64,000 bases of DNA, taken from assembly GCA_965237955.1 (NCBI GenBank), contig OZ250169.1:4544001-4608000 (forward strand), in the 5' to 3' direction. The position numbers and the translations under genes are program-made. The notes under the pieces are model-generated. The model worked only from the letters and a program-made list of their open reading frames with translations. It was not told the origin of the DNA and made no database searches. This DNA is from Candidatus Marinacidobacterales bacterium (GTDB lineage Bacteria > Acidobacteriota > Vicinamibacteria > Marinacidobacterales > SMYC01). Of this stretch, positions 1 to 11,554 are shown piece after piece (within the stretch, counting starts at the first letter, position 1; each line of letters begins with the position of its first letter).

Positions 1-131
1 GCGTGAACGCCATCGTCGAACAACGACACCGCGACAAGCGCCCCGAGCCCAACGCTCATATGGAAGAGCTTCCGGGTGACGTCGGCGGCGACACCGAGAC
101 CTCGCCGAAACCATTCGAGCACAAGCAGTAA
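1..131 (+). CDS. 3' end of a CDS entering from the left edge (unknown product)
   Basis: Open frame ...VNAIVEQRHRDKRPEP...FEHKQ ending TAA at 129-131; GC-rich third positions. Confidence 0.5.
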   Translation, partial: VNAIVEQRHRDKRPEPNAHMEELPGDVGGDTETSPKPFEHKQ

Positions 132-245
132 GACGGCGAAGGCCGCTAGCGATGCGACCGCGTTCGAGCTCATGTGCGTGAAGGCTACCACGGGCTATAA
201 TGTGGCCACGGGAAAAGAGTTCTAGGAAAAGAGGCGCACGGCAAG

Positions 246-1058
246 ATGAAACAAGCACGGGACGTGTTTTTGATCGTTTCTGCCCTGAGTTTACTCACGG
301 GCCTCGCGCTTGCGGAAGTGGTCTACCTCAATAACGGCGACATCATCCACGGCGAGCTCGTCGCCGCCAACAACACCGAGCTCACGCTGAAGACCGCCTA
401 CGGCAAGCTCGAAATTCCCAAGAAAGACATCCAACGGATCGACTACCAAGGGGGGGAAGCTCCCGCTCCGCCGGCAGCACCTAAAGAGGATACTCGGCCC
501 GCGCGTGCCAAAGTCCCCGGGGATCGCGCGCAGATCACGCTCAACATTATCGGGCGTTCGTTCTGGTACGCGTTCGAATCACCAGAAGACAACCCCGCCG
601 ACACCAGGATTCGACTGCGGTTGTACATCGGCAGCGCGCGAGCATGCACCTTCATCGATGAAAAGCCCGACACCGTGGACGGGGCCTCACTCTACAACTC
701 GTTCACATTCTCCCCGACGGACTCTCGTCTCGTCGAGACGCTGGAGGGCTTCCAGTGCTCGTGGAAAAAAGCCGAGGATGGCGAAGTTGGTCTCGTCGTC
801 CAGCTCCCGGCCGAAGTGAGCTCAGGTCGCCAGCTCGTCCGCATGCTCTACGAGGTCAACCAAGGAGACCGGTCGTTCCCGTGGTGGATGGACATCATCT
901 CGCGGTCGTTCTCAGTCGAAGTCGAAGCAGGTAGGGAGACGGCCGTGATCATCGAGCAGAACTCGACCGCGCTCGAATACTCCGTCTTTTTCAAGAAGAG
1001 CATGAAAAACCTCGAGCAGTTTCATCTCAACGTGCTCTCGTCGGAGCTCAGAGACTGA
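246..1058 (+). CDS. Secreted hypothetical protein
   Basis: 270-aa ORF; signal peptide ending ALA-E; N-terminal 'VYLNNGDIIHGEL' beta motif; Pro/Ala linker. Confidence 0.75.
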   Translation: MKQARDVFLIVSALSLLTGLALAEVVYLNNGDIIHGELVAANNTELTLKTAYGKLEIPKKDIQRIDYQGGEAPAPPAAPKEDTRPARAKVPGDRAQITLNIIGRSFWYAFESPEDNPADTRIRLRLYIGSARACTFIDEKPDTVDGASLYNSFTFSPTDSRLVETLEGFQCSWKKAEDGEVGLVVQLPAEVSSGRQLVRMLYEVNQGDRSFPWWMDIISRSFSVEVEAGRETAVIIEQNSTALEYSVFFKKSMKNLEQFHLNVLSSELRD

Positions 1059-1072
1059 TCCGGTTCGTCGGG

Positions 1073-1972
1073 TTGCTGGCCGTCACCGCCACGTGCTGCG
1101 GCGCGCCCGATGGTTCGCAGCCGGTCGAAGAAGAAGCTACGGAGACTCGTACTTACACCGGTACGCTCGTGTTCCAGTCCGATCGCAACGGCACGTGGGA
1201 TATCTACCGCGTCGAGGCCGACGGCACCGAGCTCGTCCGTCTCACGGACGAGCTCGCGGCGGACCAGAACCCAGCGTGGTCGCCCGACGGGCGGACCATT
1301 GCCTTTTCCTCGGAGCGCACTGGCCGAGGCGATATCTACGTGATGGATGCGGATGGAGATAACGTTCGTCGGATGACCGATCATCCGGCTTACGAGGGCG
1401 CACCGCGGTTCACTCCGGACGGCAAAGCGATCGTGTTCGAAGGCGAGCGAGACGGCCGCGCGGAGGTCTATTGTGTCGATCTCGAAACCGGTACGGTGAA
1501 GCGGGTGACTGCATCGGTGCAACGAAAGCTCGGCCCGGCGTACTCGCCGGACGGGCGAACGCTCGCATTCATGGAAAAGAGCCTGATTCGGTGGCACATC
1601 TCGGTTCGCGATGAGGGCAGCGGCAAAAAGCGAGCGGTCACGAGAGGTGGCGGGGCTTGCCGTCCCGCGTGGTCGCCCGATGGCCGGCTGCTCGCGTTCG
1701 TGAGCACGCGTGAAACCGACAAAGCCGACTTGTGGTTTCGCGAGATGAAAGGCGAGCGCGAAGGCAGCGCCTGGCGAGTGCCGACGCGCGCGAACGCACA
1801 CAACTACGATCCCGCGTTTTCTCCGGACGGGACGGCTTTGGCCATGGCGTCGACGATCGTTCGCGGCGACAACGAGCAGTGGGACATCTTCGTCATGGAT
1901 ATGAACGGGCGTGGGCTCGTCCGGTTAACGGATGACGGAGGCAACGAGCGGTTTCCCGATTGGAGACCGTGA
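1073..1972 (+). CDS. TolB-like beta-propeller (PD40 repeat) protein, probable lipoprotein
   Basis: Repeated PAWSPDG/PRFTPDG/PAYSPDG/PAFSPDG motifs; exact start uncertain. Confidence 0.85.
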   Translation: MLAVTATCCGAPDGSQPVEEEATETRTYTGTLVFQSDRNGTWDIYRVEADGTELVRLTDELAADQNPAWSPDGRTIAFSSERTGRGDIYVMDADGDNVRRMTDHPAYEGAPRFTPDGKAIVFEGERDGRAEVYCVDLETGTVKRVTASVQRKLGPAYSPDGRTLAFMEKSLIRWHISVRDEGSGKKRAVTRGGGACRPAWSPDGRLLAFVSTRETDKADLWFREMKGEREGSAWRVPTRANAHNYDPAFSPDGTALAMASTIVRGDNEQWDIFVMDMNGRGLVRLTDDGGNERFPDWRP

Positions 1973-2586
1973 AAAAACTCATCCTCGTCCGCCACGGGCT
2001 CACCGATTGGAACGAGAACGGCCGCCTCATGGGCCGCTCCGACGTGGAGCTCAACGCCCGGGGGCAAACCCAAGCCGAGCGCGTCGCCGAAGCGCTCGCC
2101 CCTCGCGCGCCCCGCACGATCGATGCCATTTACTCGAGCCCACAGGTGCGAGCGCGACAGACGGCGGCACCGCTTGCGGCGGCCACTAACATTGACATTG
2201 AGATTGCCGGGGACATCGTGGTCGAGCCTGATTTCGACGAGGTATGGCTTTCAGACACGTGGAAAGGCAAGACGGTCTCCGAGCTCCGCGGTGACGAAGA
2301 CCTCGAACGCATCATCGAGGACCCGACGCACCGTTGCGATGCGATCGAGCCCATTGCCGAAGTGCAAGCGCGCACCGTTCGAGGTTGCGAGCGGCTGCGC
2401 GAGCGGCATGCCGAGGGCACTGTCGTCGTCGTCTCTCACGGCGACCCGCTCCGCGTGATCGTCGCGCACTATCTCGGTCTGGACCTCGCGGTGTTTCGCG
2501 GCCTTGCGTGCAACAACGGCTCGGTGAGCGAGATCGTCTTCAATCGCCGAGGCCCACGGCTCGAGATCTTGAACTGGGTCCCTTAG
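1969..2586 (+). CDS. Histidine phosphatase (phosphoglycerate mutase-like) family protein
   Basis: LILVRHG-T-WN, SSP-RA-QTA, VVSHG motifs; GTG start overlaps upstream TGA. Confidence 0.9.
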   Translation: MKKLILVRHGLTDWNENGRLMGRSDVELNARGQTQAERVAEALAPRAPRTIDAIYSSPQVRARQTAAPLAAATNIDIEIAGDIVVEPDFDEVWLSDTWKGKTVSELRGDEDLERIIEDPTHRCDAIEPIAEVQARTVRGCERLRERHAEGTVVVVSHGDPLRVIVAHYLGLDLAVFRGLACNNGSVSEIVFNRRGPRLEILNWVP

Positions 2587-3173
2587 GGTCCGGGCCCTTG
2601 GCCGGGTAATCGAAGCCCGCACGCTTTCACGAGCTCGTAGAACTTCTCCAGGGGAAAGCCGACGACGTTCGAAAACGATCCCTCGACGCGCGCCACCAGG
2701 AGCCCCCCTTTGCCCTGAGCGCCGTAAGCCCCGGCTTTGTCGAGAGGCTCTCCGGTTCCGACGTACCAGCGGATCTCGTCATCGTTCAGCCGGCGGATGA
2801 AGACACGCGTCGACGACACGGCGCTACGAGCGACGGCCTCGGCACGGTGCACGAGAGCAATCCCGCTCAAGACACGATGGCTGCGACCCGACAACGTGCG
2901 CAGCATCTTCCGCGCCTCGGCCGCGTCGTGCGGTTTTCCCAGCACCGTCTTGTCCACGACGACGGTCGTGTCCGCGCTGACCACCCATGACCTCGGGTAG
3001 CGTTCGGAAACGGCCGAGGCTTTCTCGACGGCGAGGCGGCGCACGTAGGCGCGTGGCGATTCGGCGCGACGCCGCGTTTCGTCGACGTCCGGCGAAACGC
3101 GGCGGAACGGGATGCCGAGGTCCTTCAAATAGGCTTCGCGTCGCGGTGAGGACGAAGCAAGGATCAGCTTCAC
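2583..3173 (-). CDS. maf: Maf family nucleoside triphosphate pyrophosphatase
   Basis: LILASSSPRR, ADTTVV, LGKP, DKAGAYG, NVVGFP motifs. Confidence 0.93.
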   Translation of the reverse strand: MKLILASSSPRREAYLKDLGIPFRRVSPDVDETRRRAESPRAYVRRLAVEKASAVSERYPRSWVVSADTTVVVDKTVLGKPHDAAEARKMLRTLSGRSHRVLSGIALVHRAEAVARSAVSSTRVFIRRLNDDEIRWYVGTGEPLDKAGAYGAQGKGGLLVARVEGSFSNVVGFPLEKFYELVKACGLRLPGQGPGP

Positions 3174-3955
3174 TTTTTCGTACGCCGGCGCTTGGAAAGC
3201 TTACGGCGTTCTCGGGTGAACTTGCGGAACACCGCTTCTTTGTCGCGCTCGCACGCTTGTCGGATCTGGGAGATCTTGCGGTCGTGAGCTTGCTGGGCGA
3301 GGTGTGCTTCGGGGTGGCCTTGAAGCTCGCGGCGCATGGTCGTTTCAGCGTGCGCGACCGCCCGCTCGTAGGCGATCGCGGCCCCGGTCATCGAGCGTTC
3401 GGCTTTCCGATGAGCTTTCTCGATCGCGAGCCGCTCGTCGACGAGATCATCCTGAATGGCAGCGCGGTAGGCGAGTCGCCCGTCTTCGATCGCGAAGTTA
3501 AACGTTTCGCGCGCGTCTTCGAGGGCACGCTCGAGCGCTTCGTCCGCGACTTTCCGGAGCGCGCGCTGGCCGGTGAGAGGAGTCCTCCGCGCCTTCGACA
3601 CCGCGTCGCGCCATTTCTTTTCGGCTTTGCGCGTCTGGTCACGCTTCTTGTCCGAAGCCTTCTTGCGGGTCGCGCGGAACTTGCGCTCCTCTTTCAGAAG
3701 TTCGCCCCGTCTTTTGTCCTCCGCTCTCAGAACCTCACGACCCCGAACCTCGTCGGCCGTTTCGACGGACCCAAGCTGCGATTGCTTGGCGTCGTCGAGG
3801 TCCTTGTGGTAGCGCGAGAGGATGCTCTTGGCACCGCCGGTCACGAGCGCGCGATCGCGATCGCGATCGGCAGAGGCGAGCTCACGACCGCAGCGCTTCT
3901 CGAGACGGGAGAGATCGTTAGAAAGTTTTAGCGTCAAATCGGCTAGATTCTTCAT
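3170..3955 (-). CDS. Highly charged coiled-coil hypothetical protein
   Basis: 261-aa R/K/E/A-rich ORF, translationally coupled to maf (GTGA overlap). Confidence 0.7.
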   Translation of the reverse strand: MKNLADLTLKLSNDLSRLEKRCGRELASADRDRDRALVTGGAKSILSRYHKDLDDAKQSQLGSVETADEVRGREVLRAEDKRRGELLKEERKFRATRKKASDKKRDQTRKAEKKWRDAVSKARRTPLTGQRALRKVADEALERALEDARETFNFAIEDGRLAYRAAIQDDLVDERLAIEKAHRKAERSMTGAAIAYERAVAHAETTMRRELQGHPEAHLAQQAHDRKISQIRQACERDKEAVFRKFTRERRKLSKRRRTKK

Positions 3956-3969
3956 TGGGCTACCAGTAC

Positions 3970-4581
3970 CTACTCAGCATCGTCTCGAAACGCACGGTAG
4001 TCCGAGGGCGTGTCGATATCGACCGTCACGCCAGCGTCTGAGACTTCGACTTCTAAAAGATCCTTTTGATGATCCCACACGACCTGGCGCGCGCCAACCG
4101 TCTTCGGGGCATCCATCAGCGCGGAGAACACATCGCTCGAAAAGAGCACCGGATGTCCCCGGCGGCCGTTGTGCACCGGCACTACGATAGGGCTTCGGTG
4201 CTCCTCGAATCGATGGATGAGCGTATCGACCACCACAGGATCGACGTCAGGATGATCGACCGGGCACACCAAGGCCCCGTCGACGTCGTCGTTGTCGAGC
4301 GCACGGATGCCCGCATGGATGGAGGACAGCATGCCGTCGCGGTAGTCTCGGTTGGCGACCATACGGGCCGCGCCGAATCGAAAGCTGCTCGCGAGATTCT
4401 CGGCGTCGTGTCCGAGGACGACGACGACGGGCTTCGCCTGTGAGCTTCCGAAGACCTTAAGAAGATGATCGAGGAACGTGCTCTCCGTGCCGTCGTTCTC
4501 CGGATAGGGAAGTAATGCTTTCGGAGAGCCCATGCGGCGAGACTCGCCAGCAGCGAGGATAATCGCGGCGATGATGCTCGT
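3970..4581 (-). CDS. MobA/MocA-like nucleotidyltransferase (molybdenum cofactor cytidylyltransferase-like)
   Basis: IILAAGESRRMGSPKALL lies upstream of the track ATG (4533); GMLSSI, DHP, GHPVLF, DIDTP motifs; frame opens at ACG 4581 after GGAGG. Confidence 0.85.
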   Translation of the reverse strand, partial: TSIIAAIILAAGESRRMGSPKALLPYPENDGTESTFLDHLLKVFGSSQAKPVVVVLGHDAENLASSFRFGAARMVANRDYRDGMLSSIHAGIRALDNDDVDGALVCPVDHPDVDPVVVDTLIHRFEEHRSPIVVPVHNGRRGHPVLFSSDVFSALMDAPKTVGARQVVWDHQKDLLEVEVSDAGVTVDIDTPSDYRAFRDDAE

Positions 4582-4608
4582 GAGCTATTGCCTCCGGGAA
4601 AGAAAAAA

Positions 4609-4647
4609 TTCTTAGTCGCGGCTTTGCTGCGCTGTGCCTCTGTGGCT
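4609..4647. repeat. Short dispersed intergenic repeat, copy 1
   Basis: TTCTTAGTCGCGGCTTTGCTGCGCTGTGCCTCTGTGGC aligns to 39041-39079. Confidence 0.5.
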
Positions 4648-4668
4648 AACTAATCCTATAATAGCAGC

Positions 4669-5154
4669 GTGCGGCGACAACATACGTCCTTGAAGGAACT
4701 TCTGAAACAAGTTCTTCCCGCTCCCGCGCGGGAGCGCATCTATTCGGTCGAGCTCGTTCACAAACGCTGGGCGGAAGTCGTCGGAGACGAGCTCGCGCGG
4801 CGATCCGAGCCGGAAGCGCTGAGCCAGGGTGTGCTCACCGTGCGGGTGACCGATCCCGTCTGGGGAAAGATGATTTACAAGCTCCAGGGCCGGATTATCC
4901 CGGCGCTGAACCGCGCGCTCGGCTCGAGTTTGGTGAGGAGGATCAATTTCACCAAACGCAGCCGTTTCGAGCGCCCGCCCCCAGAAGTTGAGCGGCAGGA
5001 GCGCGAGCCCGAGGCCGTCGAGCCGCCGCCGCTCGTCGTCGACGCCGCCGCGGCGATCGAAGAGCCCGAGCTGCGAGAGCTCGTCCTTCGTAGTGCAGCC
5101 CACTATTTGAACGCGCAGCAACGCGAAAAGATCAAGAGGCGCAGGAGGAAGTAA
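4669..5154 (+). CDS. DciA/DUF721 family protein
   Basis: [13 protein letters not shown]...[12 protein letters not shown] pattern typical of DUF721; basic C-tail. Confidence 0.8.
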   Translation: MRRQHTSLKELLKQVLPAPARERIYSVELVHKRWAEVVGDELARRSEPEALSQGVLTVRVTDPVWGKMIYKLQGRIIPALNRALGSSLVRRINFTKRSRFERPPPEVERQEREPEAVEPPPLVVDAAAAIEEPELRELVLRSAAHYLNAQQREKIKRRRRK

Positions 5155-5158
5155 ATCG

Positions 5159-6333
5159 ATGGAAGATGTGTTCATTGTCAGCGCCGTCCGCACGCCGACG
5201 GGGAAGTTTTTGGGCGCGTTGAAAGGCTTCAAGGCGACCGAGCTCGGCGCGATGGTCGTCGGTGAGGCGGTCTCCCGGGCGGGATTGAGACCCGACCACG
5301 TCGACGAGATCATCATGGGCAACGTCGTCTCGGCGGGTCTGGGGCAAAACCCCGCCCGTCAGGCAGCGCTCGGTGCGGGGCTTCCACCTATTGTCGCAGC
5401 GTTGACGATCAACAAGGTATGCGGATCGGGTTTGAAAGCAGTGATGCTCGCTCGACAGGCAATCATCGCCGGCGACGCGGAGGTAGTCGTCGCCGGGGGG
5501 ATGGAATCGCGCCCTATCTCGTCCATCGTATGAGAGAAGGGCTCAGGCTCGGTCACGGCGAGCTCGTGGACGCGGTCGTGCACGATGGGCTGTGGGACAT
5601 CTACAACGACTTCCACATGGGCATGACTGGCGAGAAGGTCGCGGAAAAGTACGACGTCGCCCGCGAGGAGATGGATGGCTACGCCGCCGAAAGCCATCGG
5701 CGCGCGGCCGCCGCCACCGAAGCGGGCAAGTTCCGGGACGAGATGCTTCCGGTGGAAATCCCGCAGCGCGAAGGCGATCCGATCGTCTTGGATCGAGACG
5801 AGCCCATCCGCTCGGACACGAACGTCGAAGCGCTTTCGAAGCTGAAGCCCATCTTCAAGAAAGACGGCACCGTGACCGCGGGCAACGCCCCGGGGATGAA
5901 CGACGGCGCGGCGGCGCTCGTCGTGGCCTCGGCGAAGGCGGTCGAAGAGCATGGGGTGAAACCGATCGCCCGCGTCGTAGCGCAGGCGATCTCCGGGCTC
6001 GAGCCCGAGTGGGTGATGATGACTCCCGTTCCCGCGGTACAGAAGCTTCTCGACAAGACGGGTTGGACCAACGACGACGTGGACCTCGTCGAGCTCAACG
6101 AGGCATTCGCCGTTCAGGCATGCGCGGTCACCAAAGAGCTCAGTCTCGCCACGGAGAAAACCAACGTCAACGGGGGAGCGGTCGCGCTCGGGCATCCGAT
6201 CGGTGCGAGCGGTGCGCGCGTACTCACGACGCTCCTCTTTGCTTTGAAGGATCGAGACGGCCGGCGCGGCATCGCGACGCTTTGTCTCGGTGGCGGCAAC
6301 GGAGTCGCTCTCGCCGTGGAGCTCGTGTCATGA
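5159..6333 (+). pseudogene. Acetyl-CoA C-acetyltransferase (thiolase), frameshifted at ~5510
   Basis: [25 protein letters not shown] motifs split over two frames; usual GGMES(MSN)APY reads ATG GAA TCG CG CCC TAT, about a 10-nt deletion. Confidence 0.85.
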
Positions 6334-7184
6334 CCATCGAAAAAGTGGCGGTCATGGGTGCCGGCACCATGGGTAACGGCATCGCGCAGGTGTTCGCCCA
6401 GTCGGGTTTCGACGTTTATGTCCGCGACGTCGAAGACGGGTTCATCGAACGTGGGCTTCGAGCGATCGACAAGAGCCTGGGCCGGTTGGTCAAAAAAGAA
6501 AAGCTGACCGACGACGAGGCCAAAGCCGTTCGAGAACGGATCTCGTTCGGCACCGAGCTCGAAGGCGCACGAGACGCGGGCTTGGTCGTCGAGGCGATCA
6601 TCGAGAACGCCGACGCGAAGCAGGCGATTTTCGAAGAGCTGGACCGAATCACGCCGCCCGAGACGATCCTCGCGACCAATACGTCTTCGATTTCGATCAC
6701 CAAGCTCGCGGTGACGACGTCGAGGCCCGAGCAGTTCATCGGCATGCACTTCATGAACCCGGTGCCGGTCATGCAGCTCGTCGAGATCATCCGCGGGCTG
6801 GGCACGTCGGACGAGACCTACGCGCTGACGGAAGAGCTCGTGAGAAAGCTCGGCAAAGTTCCGGTGGAAGTGCACGACGCGCCCGGCTTCATTTCGAATC
6901 GGGTGCTCATGCCGCTCATCAACGAAGCCATCTACGCGCATATGGAGGGGGTGGCGAGCAAAGAGGCCATCGACACTGTCATGAAGCTCGGCATGAACCA
7001 TCCCATGGGGCCGTTGACGCTCGCGGACTTCATTGGTCTCGACATCTGCCTCAGCATCATGCGCGTGCTGCACGACGGTTTTGGCGATCCTAAATACCGT
7101 CCGTGCCCGCTCCTCGTGAGGATGGTCGATGCGGGCTATCTTGGCAGAAAGAGCGGCAAGGGCTTCTACGACTATCCCGATTGA
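6330..7184 (+). CDS. hbd: 3-hydroxybutyryl-CoA dehydrogenase
   Basis: [48 protein letters not shown]; ATGA overlap with thiolase stop. Confidence 0.93.
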   Translation: MTIEKVAVMGAGTMGNGIAQVFAQSGFDVYVRDVEDGFIERGLRAIDKSLGRLVKKEKLTDDEAKAVRERISFGTELEGARDAGLVVEAIIENADAKQAIFEELDRITPPETILATNTSSISITKLAVTTSRPEQFIGMHFMNPVPVMQLVEIIRGLGTSDETYALTEELVRKLGKVPVEVHDAPGFISNRVLMPLINEAIYAHMEGVASKEAIDTVMKLGMNHPMGPLTLADFIGLDICLSIMRVLHDGFGDPKYRPCPLLVRMVDAGYLGRKSGKGFYDYPD

Positions 7185-7699
7185 CGGCGTCGCCACCAAA
7201 AGAAGAGCACGACAGGCCCGACGATCAGAACCTCCCGCGCGACCGCCAGCCAATTGTGAAGCGACAGTAGCTTCGGCAGGGTTCCCCTCCAGATATCGTC
7301 GAAGACCGTGAACGACGCAATGGTGAACGCGTCCGAGAACGGCCACCACAGCTCCAGCCCATATGGCGCCGAAATGTCCTTGGAGAACAGGTCGAGAAGG
7401 ATGTGGGTCAGATACGCCAGCGCCAAGATCCAGGCATCCCGGCCAGGTGCCACCCGCGTGGAGAGCCTCGAAAAAAAATAGGCCCCGATCGTAAAAAGAC
7501 TGGCAAAAGCGACGCTATGGGTGAAATGATGGTGATAGTTTTCGCCGGTCAGAAAGTTGAGGCCGAAGTCGAGATCGGCGAAACAGGCAGCCACGACGGC
7601 CGCCGCGAAGAGCACGAGGTCCTTGCGGCGTCGGCCACCACGGAATGTCGACAGGTAGACGGCGGTGCCGGCGAGCGCGTGGGCGAGAGGCGTAGGCAT
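7172..7699 (-). CDS. YdjM-like membrane metal-dependent hydrolase
   Basis: P--HALAG, DLD, HH-FTHS, HILLD, WWPFS motifs. Confidence 0.85.
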   Translation of the reverse strand: MPTPLAHALAGTAVYLSTFRGGRRRKDLVLFAAAVVAACFADLDFGLNFLTGENYHHHFTHSVAFASLFTIGAYFFSRLSTRVAPGRDAWILALAYLTHILLDLFSKDISAPYGLELWWPFSDAFTIASFTVFDDIWRGTLPKLLSLHNWLAVAREVLIVGPVVLFFWWRRRQSG

Positions 7700-7883
7700 T
7701 GAGCTTGCGGAGAGAGAGTAGCATAGACAACAACATCATCCATTAGCCTGGCTTGGAGGCTCTATATATGGTAGTGTCCAGCCGACCGGGGAGGTTCGAG
7801 CCCCTCAATCTCGTCTAGATCGACTGAGGGTGCGGCCTGAAGGCCGTTCACCGGTGGCGGGAGCCGTTTTCGGCCCCAAAGTC

Positions 7884-7898
7884 GAATCTAAAACGAAA
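7884..7898 (+). promoter_or_regulatory. Possible LexA (SOS) box upstream of recA
   Basis: GAAT-N7-GAAA, a degenerate form of the GAAC-N7-GAAC direct-repeat LexA box reported for Alphaproteobacteria and Acidobacterium. Confidence 0.4.
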
Positions 7899-7936
7899 CG
7901 AGGCCTACGCGGGTAGGCTTCCCGGAAAGGAAAACC

Positions 7937-9070
7937 ATGGCGGAAGACAAAGACGGACGATCCAAAGCAATCGATATCGCGCTCAGCCAAATCGAAAAGC
8001 AGTTTGGCAAAGGCTCGATCATGAAGCTGGGCGATCGCGAGATCTCGAACATCCCATCCATCCCCACGGGCTCGATCTCGATCGATGCCGCGCTCGGCGT
8101 TGGCGGGCTGCCACGAGGACGTGTCGCCGAGATTTTCGGGCCGGAATCGTCGGGCAAAACCACGTTGGCGTTGCACGTCATCGCCGAAGCTCAGAAGACG
8201 GGCGGCATGGCGGCGTTCGTGGACGCGGAACACGCTCTCGATGCGATCTACGCCAAAGCACTCGGGGTCGACACCGACAATTTGCTCGTCTCGCAGCCCG
8301 ATAGCGGCGAGCAAGCGCTCGAGATCACCGAAGTGTTGATCCGTAGTGCGGCGGTCGACGTGGTGGTCATCGACTCGGTGGCCGCTCTCGTGCCCCGCTC
8401 CGAGCTCGACGGCGAGATGGGCGACGCTCAGATGGGGCTTCAAGCGCGGTTGATGTCCCAGGCGATGCGCAAGCTCACGGCCATTACATCGAAATCCAAC
8501 ACCTGTCTTGTTTTCATCAACCAGATTCGCGAGAAGATCGGCGTCATGTTCGGAAATCCCGAAACGACGACGGGTGGTCGGGCGCTCAAGTTCTACACTT
8601 CGGTTCGCGTCGACATCCGCCGTATCGCGTCGATCAAAGACGGCGACCAGATCGTGGGGAACCGCACCCGCGTCAAGATCGTCAAGAACAAAGTGGCGCC
8701 ACCATTCCGCCAGGCCGAGTTCGACATCCTGTACGGCCACGGCATCTCGAAAGAGGGCGACCTGCTCGACCTCGCGGTCTCACAGAACATCATCGAAAAA
8801 AGCGGAGCCTGGTACTCCTATGGAAACGAGCGCATCGGCCAAGGCCGCGAGAACGCGCGCCGTTTCCTGCAAGAGAACGCCAAGGCGGCCTCGAACATCG
8901 AGGCCAAGGTGCGCAAAGAGCTCGGCCTGACCTCGAACGGCGACTCCCAACCCGCCGGTGAAAAGGCTGAAAAGCCTGACAAGCACGAGGAGGCCGCTGC
9001 CCCGAAGGCGTCGAAAGCGACTCGAAGTGGTCCCCGCGAAGTCAAAGTCGCGGCCGACCGCGGCGCTTAA
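7937..9070 (+). CDS. recA: Recombinase RecA
   Basis: [42 protein letters not shown]; extended C-tail. Confidence 0.99.
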   Translation: MAEDKDGRSKAIDIALSQIEKQFGKGSIMKLGDREISNIPSIPTGSISIDAALGVGGLPRGRVAEIFGPESSGKTTLALHVIAEAQKTGGMAAFVDAEHALDAIYAKALGVDTDNLLVSQPDSGEQALEITEVLIRSAAVDVVVIDSVAALVPRSELDGEMGDAQMGLQARLMSQAMRKLTAITSKSNTCLVFINQIREKIGVMFGNPETTTGGRALKFYTSVRVDIRRIASIKDGDQIVGNRTRVKIVKNKVAPPFRQAEFDILYGHGISKEGDLLDLAVSQNIIEKSGAWYSYGNERIGQGRENARRFLQENAKAASNIEAKVRKELGLTSNGDSQPAGEKAEKPDKHEEAAAPKASKATRSGPREVKVAADRGA

Positions 9071-9088
9071 AACCCCCCTCGGGCGCAA

Positions 9089-9130
9089 GGCCGGGGTCCC
9101 GTTTCTAACGGGACTCCGGCCGTATTTGTT
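9089..9130 (+). terminator. Intrinsic terminator after recA
   Basis: GGCCGGGGTCCCGTT-TCT-AACGGGACTCCGGCC hairpin followed by GTATTTGTT. Confidence 0.75.
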
Positions 9131-9216
9131 GCGGGAATCGACTTTCCCCGCGCCGCCGGTAAGTTCGACTAGGCTCGTGCTCTGGCGGTCGGGCTATCCT
9201 GAGGGAGGAGACTTGG

Positions 9217-9435
9217 ATGGTGTTCAAGGTCTTGCTCCAGTGGGACAGCGAAGCCAACGCTTGGACGGCTACCGTTCCAGAGCTGAACGACATCTGCACC
9301 TTCGGCTCCGACGAGGAGGAGGCTCTAGCGATGGCCAAGGATATGATCATCGGCTACTTAGAGGCTTCCGCTAAGGTGGGCAGTGAGCCGACTACGCCGG
9401 TCTATCTTCCTCGCGTAGTTGAGCTAGCCATTTGA
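9217..9435 (+). CDS. hicB: HicB family antitoxin (short, no DNA-binding domain)
   Basis: W-ATVPELNDICTFGSDEEEALAMAKDMI--YLE; GGAGG RBS. Confidence 0.88.
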   Translation: MVFKVLLQWDSEANAWTATVPELNDICTFGSDEEEALAMAKDMIIGYLEASAKVGSEPTTPVYLPRVVELAI

Positions 9436-9490
9436 GGCGACTTCCTGCCGTCTCCGGCAAGCATGTCTTTCGCGCCCTCAACAGAAATGG

Positions 9491-9623
9491 CTAGTCCCCT
9501 GTATCAGAACAAACTAGATAAAGCAGAGCTTGCCGAAACCATTCTAAGTGCATGAATCTCATGAATCTTATGGGCTGGCGAAAAGCCTAACTTTGTATAG
9601 TAATCAAAGATCCAGGGGACTAG
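9491..9623. mobile_element. 133-bp MITE inserted in hicA
   Basis: Terminal IR CTAGTCCCCTGTATC / GATCCAGGGGACTAG (14/15); AT-rich non-coding interior; CTAG at both ends. Confidence 0.8.
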
Positions 9624-9738
9624 TTCGCACTGCCGCGGGCTCTCACAGGTTCTTGAAACACGCGACACGCGCTGGGCTAGTTGCCGTGTGAACCGCCCCG
9701 GCTTTTCCGGAGACTCCAACTCTTGAGAGGATGGAGTC

Positions 9739-10973
<1,235 letters not shown>

Positions 10974-11186
10974 AACAGTCTCCGGGATTCCCGGGGCGGT
11001 TCAGTGCCCTATACCAACAAGGACCTGCCCAAGAAGACGTTGGCGTCTGTTCTGAAACAAGCCGACCTGTCAGCAGACGAGCTGGCGGAGATGCCATAGA
11101 AGCCTGCTCGTCGAAGCTCTGCCGACGTACTTGTTTGCAGATCTTGACTTTCATCGCGCCGCCGCTAAAAATGGGGGGCTCTTTTT

Positions 11187-11262
11187 GCCGGGGTAGCTCA
11201 GTCGGTAGAGCGAAGGACTGAAAATCCTTGCGTCGGTGGTTCAATTCCACTCCCCGGCACCA
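11187..11262 (+). tRNA. tRNA-Phe (GAA)
   Basis: 76-nt cloverleaf GCCGGGG...CCCCGGC-ACCA; D-arm GCTCAGTCGGTAGAGC; anticodon loop CTGAAAA; T-loop TTCAATT. Confidence 0.97.
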
Positions 11263-11554
11263 TATTTATCAGTAGTTTATGGCTCTCGCGACAGCATAGT
11301 AGAGCCGAATTGGGGGACGCCTTTCTTTGGCTTGCGATGGATCCTCGACGCGCGCCTCTCTTGTCGGCCCTTCCGTTCGAGAAGCGTTGCAACAAACACT
11401 GCCGTTTGAGGAGACGGAAAACCGTGCAGCGACTGGCGAGGATTTGTGGCCTCTCTCGGACGGGACCATTCGGAAGTGGAAGTTCACGCATCTTTTTGCC
11501 TTGAAGACGGGTTTTCGAAGTTCGAGTGCCAAGGCTCAGAAGGCTAGAGACTGT

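Noticed and set aside
5592-6329. Track ORF suggesting a 530-aa N-terminally extended dehydrogenase
   Set aside because: The extension is an alternative frame of the thiolase; the real start is ATG 6330
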